From: an uncultured Pelagibacteraceae bacterium
GTDB taxonomy: Bacteria > Pseudomonadota > Alphaproteobacteria > Pelagibacterales > Pelagibacteraceae
Reading direction: 5' to 3'
Assembly: GCA_902574215.1 (NCBI GenBank)
Contig: CACGMR010000002.1
Coordinates: forward strand, 16,693 to 80,692
DNA: 64,000 nucleotides
Below are positions 10,370 to 20,010 of this stretch, one piece after another. The translations under genes and the position numbers were made by a program. Below the pieces are notes generated by a model, which was not told the DNA's origin, did not search any database, and worked only from the letters and a program-made list of their open reading frames with translations. How positions within the stretch are numbered: the stretch's first letter is position 1; every line of letters starts with the position of its first letter.

Positions 10370-11500
10370 TTAATTTTGGTTAATTAACTTTTGATACATT
10401 TCTTGATCAGTATCTCCCTCACAACCAAAAACCAAAACATTAGATTTTTCATTTAGATCTAATTTTTCTTTAATTACATGATCTTCACAACTTGTAATCA
10501 GACTGATTACACCAGGTGCCGAGTTTTCTCCTGCAATTATTTTATCATCACTAAAGCTTGAATTTCCAAGTAGTTTCATAGTTTTTGCAATATCATCATC
10601 TGGTAAACTAATACAATGTTTAACTGAATTTTTGAGTATTTCCCATGGGACCAATGATACTTCACCACAAGACATACCACCCATTAAGCTTTCTCTTTTA
10701 ATATCTATTTTTTCTATTTTTCCAGTTTTAATGCTTTCCATTACACACGCGGCACTATCCGGTTCAACAACTATAATTGATGGAACATAGTTCAAATATC
10801 TTGCAATACCTGCAACCATGGCAGCAGCCATGCCACCAACACCAGCCTGTAAAATGATGTGAGTTATTTTCTCTTCCTGGATTTGATTAGCTATTTCTTT
10901 CATCATGACTGTATAACCTGCCATTGTATACTTGGGGACGACCATATAATCTTTCCAAGCAACATCCTGAACTATTTGCCAATTATTTTCAGTAGACTGT
11001 TTTATGCATTCCATCAAAGATTTTTCATAATTACCTTTTACTTTTACTACATCTGCTCCAAGTGCGGCCATAGCTTTGCCTCTTGCATCACTTACAAATT
11101 CACTAATGAATATTTTACAGCTTAGACCTAATCTTTTAGCACCCCAGGCAACTGATCTTCCATGATTGCCAGCAGTAGCTGTTGCTACCACTATATCTTT
11201 ATTTCCTTTGGTTACTTTTTCTACCGCATAAGCTCCGCCTAAAGCTTTAAAAGATTTTAAATCAAATCTTTTATTTTCATCTTTATAAAAAATATTTTTT
11301 AAATTTAATTCTTTTGAAAGTTTATTTAAAGAAAGCAGGGGAGTAGGAGAATAACCTTTCCACTCAGAAATACTCTTATAAGCATCATCAATTTCTTCTG
11401 AGGTTAAAGAATTAAGAATTTCTTTTTTGTTAAATGAGTAATTTTTATTGTCTGTAAATTCTGTGTATTTCCATTGATGACCGTTAGATAAGATAGTCAT
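10370..11500 (-). CDS. dpaL: Diaminopropionate ammonia-lyase family PLP enzyme
   Basis: Y.PTPL, KDENKRFDLKSFKALGG (PLP Lys), ATAGNHGRSVAWGA, QAGVGG and GCEGDTD. Confidence 0.85.
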   Translation of the reverse strand: MTILSNGHQWKYTEFTDNKNYSFNKKEILNSLTSEEIDDAYKSISEWKGYSPTPLLSLNKLSKELNLKNIFYKDENKRFDLKSFKALGGAYAVEKVTKGNKDIVVATATAGNHGRSVAWGAKRLGLSCKIFISEFVSDARGKAMAALGADVVKVKGNYEKSLMECIKQSTENNWQIVQDVAWKDYMVVPKYTMAGYTVMMKEIANQIQEEKITHIILQAGVGGMAAAMVAGIARYLNYVPSIIVVEPDSAACVMESIKTGKIEKIDIKRESLMGGMSCGEVSLVPWEILKNSVKHCISLPDDDIAKTMKLLGNSSFSDDKIIAGENSAPGVISLITSCEDHVIKEKLDLNEKSNVLVFGCEGDTDQEMYQKLINQN

Positions 11501-11503
11501 GTA

Positions 11504-12829
11504 CTAACAATCTAAAGTATTATCTTTTTCCCACTTTGTAACATCTTTTGTTTTATAAAAACTATCTTTTGATTTGAATTCATTCATTTCTGAACTTCTT
11601 AACTTTATATAACTTTCAATAACATCTTTGCCAAAAGCATCATTCATATCTTTATTGTTTTTTAATAAATTTAAAGACTGTTCCAGTTCATCAGGTAGCT
11701 TAGGTAAATTTGGATATTTGGCGTGGTCTTCATACATATTACAATCCAAAGGTTTACCTGGATCAACTTTATTTTTTAAACCATATAGACCAGCTGCTAA
11801 AACACTTGCTTGCAATAAGTAAGGATTAGCAGAACCATCCATTAATCTTAACTCAAATCTTCCAGGATCAGGGATTCTTATCATGTGTGTTCGATTATTG
11901 CCTGTGAAGGAAATACTACTCGGTGACCATGAAGCTCCAGATTTTGTAGGTGGTGCATTTATTCTTCTGTAACTATTGATTGTTGGGTTAAAAAATGCAG
12001 ACAAAGATGAAGCATTTTTAATCACTCCACCTAAAAAATTATAGGCCATTTTACTTAAACCAAGTTTGTCTTTGTTGTCTAAGAATTTATTTTTAGCACC
12101 TTGCCAAACTGATACATGAGCATGACAACCATTGCCTGTTAAATTTCCAAATGGTTTAGGCATAAATGTTGCTCTTAATCCGTGCTTTTCAGCAATTGTT
12201 TTTACCATAAATTTAAAAAAGGTATGTCTATCTGCTGTTTTTAGACAATCTGAATAATCCCAATTCATTTCAAATTGTCCGTTAGCATCCTCATGATCGT
12301 TTTGATATGGGCCCCATCCCATTTCAATCATGCAATCACAAATTTCTTTAATTAAATCATACCTTCTCATTAACGCTGATTGATCATAACAAGGTTTAGA
12401 CTGAGTATCTCTTGGATCTGCAATTGAGTTTCCATCAGGTGAAATTAAAAAATATTCACACTCAACGCCCGATTTCATTGTTAAATTTTGTTTTTTTAAT
12501 TTTTTTATTTGATTTTTTAACATCACTCTGGGTGATGCATCTACTGGTTTGCCATTCATCCACAAGTCAGATGCTAACCATCCAACTTCTTTATTCCATG
12601 GAAGTTGAATTAAACTATCTGGGTCGGGAATTCCAAACATGTCTGAGTCAGCAGGTGTCATATCTAACCATGCTGCAAATCCAGCAAAACCAGCTCCTGC
12701 ATTTTGCATTTCTTTTATTGCATGAGCAGGTACTAATTTTGATCTTAATACACCAAATAAATCTACAAAACTGATTAAAAAATATTTAATTTTTTTTTTC
12801 TTAGCAATTTGAAATAAATTTTTAGACAC
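11504..12829 (-). CDS. gmaS: Gamma-glutamylmethylamide synthetase (often annotated type III glutamine synthetase GlnT)
   Basis: KYFLISFVDLFG..RSKLVPA, GAGFAGFAAWLDMTP, KPCYDQSALMRRY, YQNDHEDANGQFEMNW and GNNRTHMIR; GTG start; mgs context. Confidence 0.88.
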   Translation of the reverse strand: MSKNLFQIAKKKKIKYFLISFVDLFGVLRSKLVPAHAIKEMQNAGAGFAGFAAWLDMTPADSDMFGIPDPDSLIQLPWNKEVGWLASDLWMNGKPVDASPRVMLKNQIKKLKKQNLTMKSGVECEYFLISPDGNSIADPRDTQSKPCYDQSALMRRYDLIKEICDCMIEMGWGPYQNDHEDANGQFEMNWDYSDCLKTADRHTFFKFMVKTIAEKHGLRATFMPKPFGNLTGNGCHAHVSVWQGAKNKFLDNKDKLGLSKMAYNFLGGVIKNASSLSAFFNPTINSYRRINAPPTKSGASWSPSSISFTGNNRTHMIRIPDPGRFELRLMDGSANPYLLQASVLAAGLYGLKNKVDPGKPLDCNMYEDHAKYPNLPKLPDELEQSLNLLKNNKDMNDAFGKDVIESYIKLRSSEMNEFKSKDSFYKTKDVTKWEKDNTLDC

Positions 12830-12846
12830 AACCTAAGTTAACATAA

Positions 12847-12996
12847 TTATTTAAAAAAAGATAAAATTGTTTCTTTATAATAAATTAAATTTACAACAAT
12901 AATTACAATTATAGCTAGTATCACACCATACTTAGCTTTAGGAAATGCTACACCTCTCATTTTTGAGGGTCTTAATTCTTCTTTATTATCTTCCAT
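12847..12996 (-). CDS. Unannotated 49-aa single-pass membrane protein
   Basis: ATG at 12996 reads MEDNKEELRPSKMRGVAFPKAKYGVILAIIVIIVVNLIYYKETILSFFK*. Fills the gap between the amt terminator and gmaS. Confidence 0.55.
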   Translation of the reverse strand: MEDNKEELRPSKMRGVAFPKAKYGVILAIIVIIVVNLIYYKETILSFFK

Positions 12997-13009
12997 AAAT
13001 TTAGAACAT

Positions 13010-13039
13010 AAAAAAGGGCGCTACATTTAAGTAGCGCCC
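13010..13039 (-). terminator. Rho-independent terminator of the amt/small-protein unit
   Basis: GGGCGCTAC / GTAGCGCCC stem followed by a T-tract on the minus strand. Confidence 0.8.
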
Positions 13040-13054
13040 AAATTTTAATTTAAA

Positions 13055-13285
13055 TTACCAGTCGGTAATATTGCTTTTATGGTCATTGGCACCATGTCTT
13101 TTTCTTGCTAGTCGTGAAAGTTCTTCACTTTCATTTCTTGCAGTTAAAACATGCCATCCAAGCCAGATAACTATACCTAAAATAACCAGTAGAGTTTCGC
13201 TAGATCCAGCTCCAGGATAAATTGCGCCCGCAACCTCTTCAGCAGGTTTATTTAGATGATCTATCCAGTTTGTTACTGTAGCCAT
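13055..13285 (-). CDS. 76-aa membrane protein co-transcribed with amt
   Basis: AGGAGA RBS, one hydrophobic helix (LLVILGIVIWLGW), 11 bp downstream of amt. Confidence 0.75.
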   Translation of the reverse strand: MATVTNWIDHLNKPAEEVAGAIYPGAGSSETLLVILGIVIWLGWHVLTARNESEELSRLARKRHGANDHKSNITDW

Positions 13286-13296
13286 ATTTTTCTCCT

Positions 13297-14697
13297 TTAC
13301 CTGGTTGCTGATGAAACTGCTTTTTCATCTTCTTTAGCAGACTCCATCATTTCATAGTCTAATCCAGCTATTTCAACTTCACGAGGGATTCTTAATTTAC
13401 CCATACCATTTAGTATCTTAGCTAAGATATAGCCTGGTAACATTCCAAGAACTCCAAACATTATTATCGCTCCTATGAATTGTCCCAGTGGATTGATTGA
13501 TGCGTAAGTCGATCCGTCCCACATAGCTCCAACACTGTAACCAGATGAAGGATAACCATTTAAAACAAATCCACAAATCACAAGACCTACAAAACCAGCA
13601 TAACCATGTACAGCAACTGCTCCAACTGCATCATCGATTTTGAACTTACGTTCAACCCAGTAATGTAGTTTGTATGCAATCACAACACCGATCATACCTA
13701 TGATCATTGCTTGAATTGGATGATATAAATCATTTCCAGCCGAAGCACAGATAACACCTGCTAGTCCACTTGAGTAAGTCCAGAAAGGATCACCTTTAGC
13801 AATCCAATAACCGGCTAATAAACCTCCTGATAACGACATCAAGAAGTTAAAAGTAATACCACTAAGTGTAGTGGGGGTTACGTAAATGTTCGTAGCTGTC
13901 CAATACGATATACCTTCCATTCCATATTCAGGCCCAAGATCAAATATCGGTATATTACATGCCGCATAGAATCCCCAGAAACCAGTATAAATTAGAAATA
14001 ATCCAACTGTAACTAGCCAAGGATTTCTTGGTCCTATATTTCTTGGTTCACCGCTTGATGAGAATTTTCCAATTCTTGGACCTAAAACAACAAGAACACC
14101 TAAAGCAAATCCACCAGCAATAGCGTGAATTACTCCTGATGCATAAGCATCATGATATCCTAAGAGTTTTAACATCCATCCATCAAAGTGCCATCCCCAA
14201 GCAGCATCAATTGTCCAAAACACAGATCCAATTGCAATTGCTAAAATTCCAAATGCAAAAGTTGTTATTCTTTCAATGATTGCTCCTGAAACAATAGAAG
14301 CAGCTGTCCATGAGAATAGTAAGAACGCAGCCCAGAATACACCACTTATGTGGTCACCTAAGTTAACCGCCATATATTCTGTATTTGGCATATACCATTT
14401 CGCACTAAAAGTACTTTCATCGGTAATCAATGCAGCACTTTCATTCATTATTGAAGGGGCTAGACCCGGTCCTGTTGGGAATGCCCAGTAAATCCACCAA
14501 CCAAAGAAAAACCAAGTTACTGTTACCAAAGGTATTAGCATTGTATTTTTCATAAGAGTATGTTGATGGTGTTTGTATCGAGAAGCTCCAACCTCATACA
14601 TACAGAACCCGACGTGAATTAAAAACATCAATACTACTGTTATCCAATAGTAAAATTCTGTAAATATGGTTGTTAGAGCGCCTAACTGATCAGTCAT
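13297..14697 (-). CDS. amt: Amt/Rh family transporter (ammonium or methylamine)
   Basis: GFCMYEVG, IVSGAIIER, LGPRIGKF, DDAVGAVAVHG and E..GLD; twin His conserved; GGAGAG RBS. Confidence 0.9.
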   Translation of the reverse strand: MTDQLGALTTIFTEFYYWITVVLMFLIHVGFCMYEVGASRYKHHQHTLMKNTMLIPLVTVTWFFFGWWIYWAFPTGPGLAPSIMNESAALITDESTFSAKWYMPNTEYMAVNLGDHISGVFWAAFLLFSWTAASIVSGAIIERITTFAFGILAIAIGSVFWTIDAAWGWHFDGWMLKLLGYHDAYASGVIHAIAGGFALGVLVVLGPRIGKFSSSGEPRNIGPRNPWLVTVGLFLIYTGFWGFYAACNIPIFDLGPEYGMEGISYWTATNIYVTPTTLSGITFNFLMSLSGGLLAGYWIAKGDPFWTYSSGLAGVICASAGNDLYHPIQAMIIGMIGVVIAYKLHYWVERKFKIDDAVGAVAVHGYAGFVGLVICGFVLNGYPSSGYSVGAMWDGSTYASINPLGQFIGAIIMFGVLGMLPGYILAKILNGMGKLRIPREVEIAGLDYEMMESAKEDEKAVSSATR

Positions 14698-14764
14698 ATT
14701 CTCTCTCCATATTAGTTTACGGAAGCCTATTAAATTTTACGATTTGATACAAATATAAAAAGAC

Positions 14765-14796
14765 TTAAAAACCTAGTATGCGCACTAGGTTTTTAA
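14765..14796 (-). terminator. Intrinsic terminator after the mgs operon (bidirectional-type)
   Basis: TTAAAAACCTAGT-ATGCGC-ACTAGGTTTTTAA perfect inverted repeat. Confidence 0.8.
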
Positions 14797-14821
14797 AAAT
14801 TATCAACTTTTAATTGAAATA

Positions 14822-15232
14822 TTAAAATTTTAAATATGCTTTTTTCAAATCAACAAGAGGGTGTTTTGGAGACATTTGAAACTTAACTAAAAGTTCTCTT
14901 GCAATCATATCTCTATCTTGTTGATTGTTTGGTAGCTTAATTGATTTTGGAATTGTTACCCAACCGTTAGCATTTCTACAAAATACTGCGGGTCTATCAT
15001 CTTCATAGCCCATATGGACATCTTCTAACCAATTTAAATCATCCCACCCCATCGCTTCTATATATTTCTTAAGAAATGGAGTTAGTTTAGAATAGTCAGG
15101 TAAAAGATTAACATCGTATCTGTAACCAATAGACTGACCAATCATTTTTTCTCTGGCAGTCTCTTTCTTTTTACCTAACTGACCTTTAATCTCTTTTGTT
15201 TTTACTGCTTTTTTATTTTTTTTCTTTGGCAT
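14822..15232 (-). CDS. Hypothetical protein at the end of the mgs operon
   Basis: AGGA RBS, 8 bp after mgsC; Lys-rich N-terminus followed by a globular region; no motif recognised. Confidence 0.8.
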   Translation of the reverse strand: MPKKKNKKAVKTKEIKGQLGKKKETAREKMIGQSIGYRYDVNLLPDYSKLTPFLKKYIEAMGWDDLNWLEDVHMGYEDDRPAVFCRNANGWVTIPKSIKLPNNQQDRDMIARELLVKFQMSPKHPLVDLKKAYLKF

Positions 15233-15240
15233 AGTTTCCT

Positions 15241-16653
15241 CTATATTTTGTGGTAGTTATCAACACCAACTGTGTAGTTAGTTCCAGCTAATGGAACTTT
15301 TGCTAAAGCTGATGCTTCTGATGTTAAAGCAGCTAAATCTTCAGGTTCTAGAGAATGGATATTTGTTTTTCCACACGCTCTAGCTAACAACTGAGCTTCT
15401 AAAGTCATTGAGTGAAGATAATTGTAAACTCTTAGTGCAGCATCATCAGGATTTAATCTAGCTCTAAGCTTAGGATCTTGTGTTGCAACACCAACTGGAC
15501 ATCTTCCAGTGTGGCAGTGATAACATTCACCTGCTTTTACACCCATTTCTTTTTCAAAGTTTGCTTCTGGAATATCTTTATTACAGTTAAGTGCAATCAT
15601 AGATCCAGTTCCAATCGCAATTGCATCAGCACCTAAAGCTAAAGCTTTAGCCATGTCAGCACCGTCTCTTACTCCACCTGCATAAATTAATGTTACTTTT
15701 CCAGTTTTACCAACATCATCGATTGCTCTTCTAGCTTCTCGAATTGCAGCAATACCAGGAATACCAGTATTTGCAGCAGCGATATGTGGGCCAGCTCCAG
15801 TAGAACCTTCCATTCCATCTAAGTAAATAGAGTCAGGATCACATTTTGCAGCCATACGCACATCATCATAAACTTTAGATGCACCTAACTTTAATTGAAT
15901 CGGCACTTTATTTTTTGTTAACTGTCTTAGCTCTTCTACTTTTAAAGCTAAATCATCTGGTCCTAACCAGTCAGGGTGTCTCGCTGGAGATCTTTGGTCA
16001 ATACCAGATGGTAATGATCTCATCTCAGCAACTTGGTCAGTAACTTTTTGACCCATTAAATGTCCTCCCATTCCAACTTTTTGACCCTGTCCAATAAATA
16101 CTTCAATACCATCTGCTAATTGTGCATGATGAGGATTAAAACCATATCTCGATTGAATACATTGGTAGTACCATTTTTCAGAATATCTTCTTTCATCAGG
16201 TATCATTCCACCTTCACCAGAACATGTAGCACTACCTGCCATAGTTGCTCCTCTTGCTAAAGCAGTTTTTGCTTCATAAGAAAGGGCACCGAAACTCATT
16301 CCTGTAATATAAACTGGAATATCTAACTCAATTGGATTTTCACATCTTGGTCCAATAACAGTTTTCGTTTCACATTTTTCTCTGTAACCTTCGATTACAA
16401 ATCTAGTTAGTGTTCCAGGTAAGAAAACTAAATCATCAAAAGTAGGAATTTTTTTCATCAATGCCATTCCTCGCATTCTGTATCTTCCTAATTGAGATTT
16501 AATATGAATGTCGTCTATCACTTCAGGTGTGAAGATAGCGTTATGACCTAATAAACTTTTATTTCTTTTACCTTCTTCATGTGCATGGACATCAGCTTTT
16601 CCACCAACACCTTTTCCATTTTTTTTAACTTTTTTAGATTTTTTCTTAGGCAT
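15241..16653 (-). CDS. mgsC: N-methylglutamate synthase FMN-binding subunit (GlxD/MgsC)
   Basis: EGYREKCET, GMSFGALS, GQGQKVGMGGHLMGQK, DQRSPARHPDWLGPDDL and CYHCHTGRCPVGVATQD. Confidence 0.85.
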   Translation of the reverse strand: MPKKKSKKVKKNGKGVGGKADVHAHEEGKRNKSLLGHNAIFTPEVIDDIHIKSQLGRYRMRGMALMKKIPTFDDLVFLPGTLTRFVIEGYREKCETKTVIGPRCENPIELDIPVYITGMSFGALSYEAKTALARGATMAGSATCSGEGGMIPDERRYSEKWYYQCIQSRYGFNPHHAQLADGIEVFIGQGQKVGMGGHLMGQKVTDQVAEMRSLPSGIDQRSPARHPDWLGPDDLALKVEELRQLTKNKVPIQLKLGASKVYDDVRMAAKCDPDSIYLDGMEGSTGAGPHIAAANTGIPGIAAIREARRAIDDVGKTGKVTLIYAGGVRDGADMAKALALGADAIAIGTGSMIALNCNKDIPEANFEKEMGVKAGECYHCHTGRCPVGVATQDPKLRARLNPDDAALRVYNYLHSMTLEAQLLARACGKTNIHSLEPEDLAALTSEASALAKVPLAGTNYTVGVDNYHKI

Positions 16654-17507
16654 TATATTGCTCCCTTCTTCTCTGTAGGTTCCAAATTGTCATAATTCCA
16701 AAGTTTTTTACCAGCTACAATTTTTTTCATTTTACTAACATCAAAATTTTCACCAATCTCAGCTACTTTTAATTTTCTTTTTAGCCAATCTTGATCACTT
16801 TTAGTTAATTCAGCGTCAACTGCATCACTACCATATGATCCAATTTCTCCACCTACGAAAATTGTCCCATCATACATTGAGTCACCTAAATTTATTCCTA
16901 CGTCTCCAAGAATAATTATTCTTCCTCTTTGCATCATAAATCCAGTAAATGCACCGGCGTCACCACCAATTATTATAGTTCCACCTTTCATATCAATACC
17001 AGTTCTGGCACCAACACTGCCTTTACAAATTAAATCTCCACCTCTAATTGCCGCACCAAAACAAGATCCAGCATTTTTTTCGATCACTACTTTACCAGCC
17101 ATTAAATTTTCTGCACATGACCATCCAACTCTTCCATTAATTCTAACTATTGGACCATCACAAGAGCCCATGCCAAAATATCCTAAACTTCCTTCAAAAA
17201 TTAAATTAAGTTTATTTAAAATACCAACTCCAAGACTGTGTTTACCTTGTGGGTTTTTTATTACTATTGTTCCATATCCTTGGCTCATTAAGTTATCAAT
17301 TTCTTTATTAGCTTCAGGAGCTGTCATGTCTTTAACATCAAGCTCGGTTCTTTTGTTGAAATCTACATCGTACGTACCAAAATAATAAAAGTTTTCTGCC
17401 TCATCAGGATTAAAGAATTTTTGTTGAGTTCTTCCTGTTAAAACTTCAGTGTGCATACCCATCGATTGGGCTTTTGATTTTTTTGAAACTGTTTTTAGAT
17501 TTGCCAT
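16653..17507 (-). CDS. mgsB: N-methylglutamate synthase GXGXG subunit (GlxC/MgsB)
   Basis: Gly-rich beta-helix repeats (GSLGYFGMG, GARTGIDMKGG, GAFTGFMMQRG, LGDSMYDG). Confidence 0.85.
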   Translation of the reverse strand: MANLKTVSKKSKAQSMGMHTEVLTGRTQQKFFNPDEAENFYYFGTYDVDFNKRTELDVKDMTAPEANKEIDNLMSQGYGTIVIKNPQGKHSLGVGILNKLNLIFEGSLGYFGMGSCDGPIVRINGRVGWSCAENLMAGKVVIEKNAGSCFGAAIRGGDLICKGSVGARTGIDMKGGTIIIGGDAGAFTGFMMQRGRIIILGDVGINLGDSMYDGTIFVGGEIGSYGSDAVDAELTKSDQDWLKRKLKVAEIGENFDVSKMKKIVAGKKLWNYDNLEPTEKKGAI

Positions 17508-18439
17508 ACTTTCACCTCCCCATCAAACGGATCATATGTGTCAATTTCTTGTGGTAATACAGATCTAATTGCAATTTCTTCAGATCCCATAGCAACCAAA
17601 TCATCAGACTCATATAACACCAATGGTTTTGCAGCCATTGTATCTTTTGCCATTCCTAAGGAGTCTTTTGTTGCAACAAAGTAAGTAAATACACCATCTA
17701 AACCCGTTAAAGATGCTTTCATTCCTTCTTCTAAAGTTGCCCCATCTCTCATTTTTTCAGCAATATAAACAGCAATTAATTCCGAGTCACACTCAGACAT
17801 AAATCTCATACCTTTATTTTCCAAAACTCTTCTGTTATTCCAATAGTTTGTTAATTGTCCATTATGAACTACAGATACATCACTAAATGGATATCCCCAG
17901 AAAGGATGGGCAGATTTGATATCTACACCAGACTCTGTTGCCATTCTAGCATGACCTATAGCATGTGTTCCAACAACTTTATCTAAACTATATCTATCAC
18001 AAACCATTTTAGCGTTTCCAAGATCTTTAATCACTTCTAACGATTTACCCATTGAAAGAATTTCTACACCAGGAATACTTTCTATACGTTGTGAAAATTC
18101 TAACAGATCTTTAACATTATAATCAAGTTCATATCTTAAAGAGTAGGGAAGAGTTCTTTCTTCTTTAACTACTTTAGCTCCCATTTCGGCTAGAGTTTGA
18201 TCTACAATTTTTTTTCTTTCATCATAAACAGACACATCTTCCATAATTGATGAGCTTCCTTCTCCAACGTTTTCTCCAACTTTAAAACGCATAATAAAGT
18301 TTTTACCATCTGTATCTCCATACAAAGCGTAACCTGTAGAATCTTCTCCTCTATGTTTTAATGCTTGAAGCATACCTTGTAATTCGCTCCCTACATTTGA
18401 GGATTTTCCTCTATGAATTAAACCTGCTATCCCACACAT
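17495..18439 (-). CDS. mgsA: N-methylglutamate synthase class II glutamine amidotransferase subunit (GlxB/MgsA)
   Basis: N-terminal MCGIAG, HRGEDSTG, GHARMATES, AHPF, VHNGQL and CDSE. Confidence 0.88.
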   Translation of the reverse strand: MCGIAGLIHRGKSSNVGSELQGMLQALKHRGEDSTGYALYGDTDGKNFIMRFKVGENVGEGSSSIMEDVSVYDERKKIVDQTLAEMGAKVVKEERTLPYSLRYELDYNVKDLLEFSQRIESIPGVEILSMGKSLEVIKDLGNAKMVCDRYSLDKVVGTHAIGHARMATESGVDIKSAHPFWGYPFSDVSVVHNGQLTNYWNNRRVLENKGMRFMSECDSELIAVYIAEKMRDGATLEEGMKASLTGLDGVFTYFVATKDSLGMAKDTMAAKPLVLYESDDLVAMGSEEIAIRSVLPQEIDTYDPFDGEVKVWQI

Positions 18440-18471
18440 ATTTTTATACCCTTTCTATATTTTTTTAAGAC

Positions 18472-19941
18472 CTACGGTAGACAATCAAGATAAGTATCCA
18501 GATCCCATTGCGTTGTTGCACCAAGAAATCTTTCCCACTCATCGTTTTTGTACCAATGGAAAACTTTATACATTTCATCTGGCATTGCAGATTTGATTAC
18601 TTCATCCTCTGCCAGTCTATCCAAAGCTTCACCTAAACTTAATGGAAGTTTTTTAACATCTTTACCAGCTTTTTGAGCTTCATAAATATTTCTAGATTCT
18701 GGAGCTGCTGGTTTCATTTTCTTACTTATACCTTCGTCGCAAGCTTTTAATAAAGCAGCACCTAATAAGTAAGGATTGTGCATTGAGTCTACTGATCTAT
18801 ACTCAAATCTTCCTGGAGCAGAAACTCTTAAACCACAAGTTCTATTTTGATATCCCCAATCAGCATAAACGGGAGCCCAAAATCCTTGATCCCATAATCT
18901 TCTGTAAGAATTTACAGTTGAAGATCCAAGAGCTGTTAATGCTGGCAAGTGTTTCATGATACCTGCAATTGATTGCAAACCAATTTTACCTGGCATTTGC
19001 ATATCTTTTGTATCAGGCATGAAAGTATTTGTTCCTCCCTCAACATAACTAAATACCCCATCAACTCCTGGTAAAGATTTATGACCAAGTCTATTGACTT
19101 TAACTTTTCCACCTTTCCATAAAGACATGTTTGTATGGCAACCACTTGCAGAAACACCCATAAAAGGTTTTGTCATAAAGCAAGCAATTAAATTATGTTC
19201 TCTAGCTACTTGTGCACAAATTTGTCTGTAAGTAGATAATCTATCCGCATTTCTTAAAACGTTGTCATATGTCCAATTTAATTCTAATTGACCTGGGGCA
19301 TCTTCGTGGTCACCTTGAATCATATCAAGGCCCATAGCATTTGCATATTCTATTACTTGCATAAATACTGGTCTTAATGACTCGAATTGATCAATATGGT
19401 AACAGAAAGGTTTTGAGAAACCTTTACCTGACGGTGTTCCATCTTCATTTTTAGTCAACCACATCATTTCAGGCTCTGTACCTACTCTTAATTCTAGCCC
19501 GTGTTTCTTTTTAAATTCATCCATGAAAATTCTTAAATTTCCTCGACAATCTGAAGTTAAATGACCGCCTGGATTTTGTCTTTCTTCTCTGTTTCTAAAA
19601 CAAGTGCAGAAAACTCTTGCAACTCTTTTATCCCAAGGTAATTGCACGAAAGTTTCAGGATCAGGAATTCCCACAAGTTCCATAGCCTCTGGTCCGTATC
19701 CAATGTAATTATTATGACGATCTAAAAATAAGTTTGCAGTAGAACCATAAACTAATTGAAAACCTTTCTCTGCAGTCCTTTCCCAATGGTCAGCAGGGAT
19801 ACCTTTTCCAACAACTCTTCCTGTGACTGAAATGAATTGAAAATAAATATAAGTTATTCCTAATTCTTTAATTTTTGCTCTTACGTCTTTTACTAATTTC
19901 GCACGTCCTGGTTGGTTAACGTGTTTTTCTAGATCTGTCAT
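18472..19941 (-). CDS. Second glutamine-synthetase-fold gamma-glutamyl ligase, substrate unknown
   Basis: GTEPE, GDHEDAPGQLELN, FMTKPF..SASGCH, WGYQNRT..RV, RFEYRSVD..NPYL. ATG at 19941 follows a GAGGGG RBS (ORF track starts at 19947). Confidence 0.85.
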   Translation of the reverse strand: MTDLEKHVNQPGRAKLVKDVRAKIKELGITYIYFQFISVTGRVVGKGIPADHWERTAEKGFQLVYGSTANLFLDRHNNYIGYGPEAMELVGIPDPETFVQLPWDKRVARVFCTCFRNREERQNPGGHLTSDCRGNLRIFMDEFKKKHGLELRVGTEPEMMWLTKNEDGTPSGKGFSKPFCYHIDQFESLRPVFMQVIEYANAMGLDMIQGDHEDAPGQLELNWTYDNVLRNADRLSTYRQICAQVAREHNLIACFMTKPFMGVSASGCHTNMSLWKGGKVKVNRLGHKSLPGVDGVFSYVEGGTNTFMPDTKDMQMPGKIGLQSIAGIMKHLPALTALGSSTVNSYRRLWDQGFWAPVYADWGYQNRTCGLRVSAPGRFEYRSVDSMHNPYLLGAALLKACDEGISKKMKPAAPESRNIYEAQKAGKDVKKLPLSLGEALDRLAEDEVIKSAMPDEMYKVFHWYKNDEWERFLGATTQWDLDTYLDCLP

Positions 19942-20010
19942 TTTCACCCCTCAATGAATTTAATTTATTCAAACGTAGCTGAAAAATTTATTTGTGTCTA
20001 GGCTTAGAGT

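Noticed and set aside
15241-19941. Ordinary GS-GOGAT ammonia assimilation operon
   Set aside because: The split three-gene glutamate-synthase-like architecture in a methylamine context fits MgsABC, and neither GS-fold protein looks like canonical GlnA.
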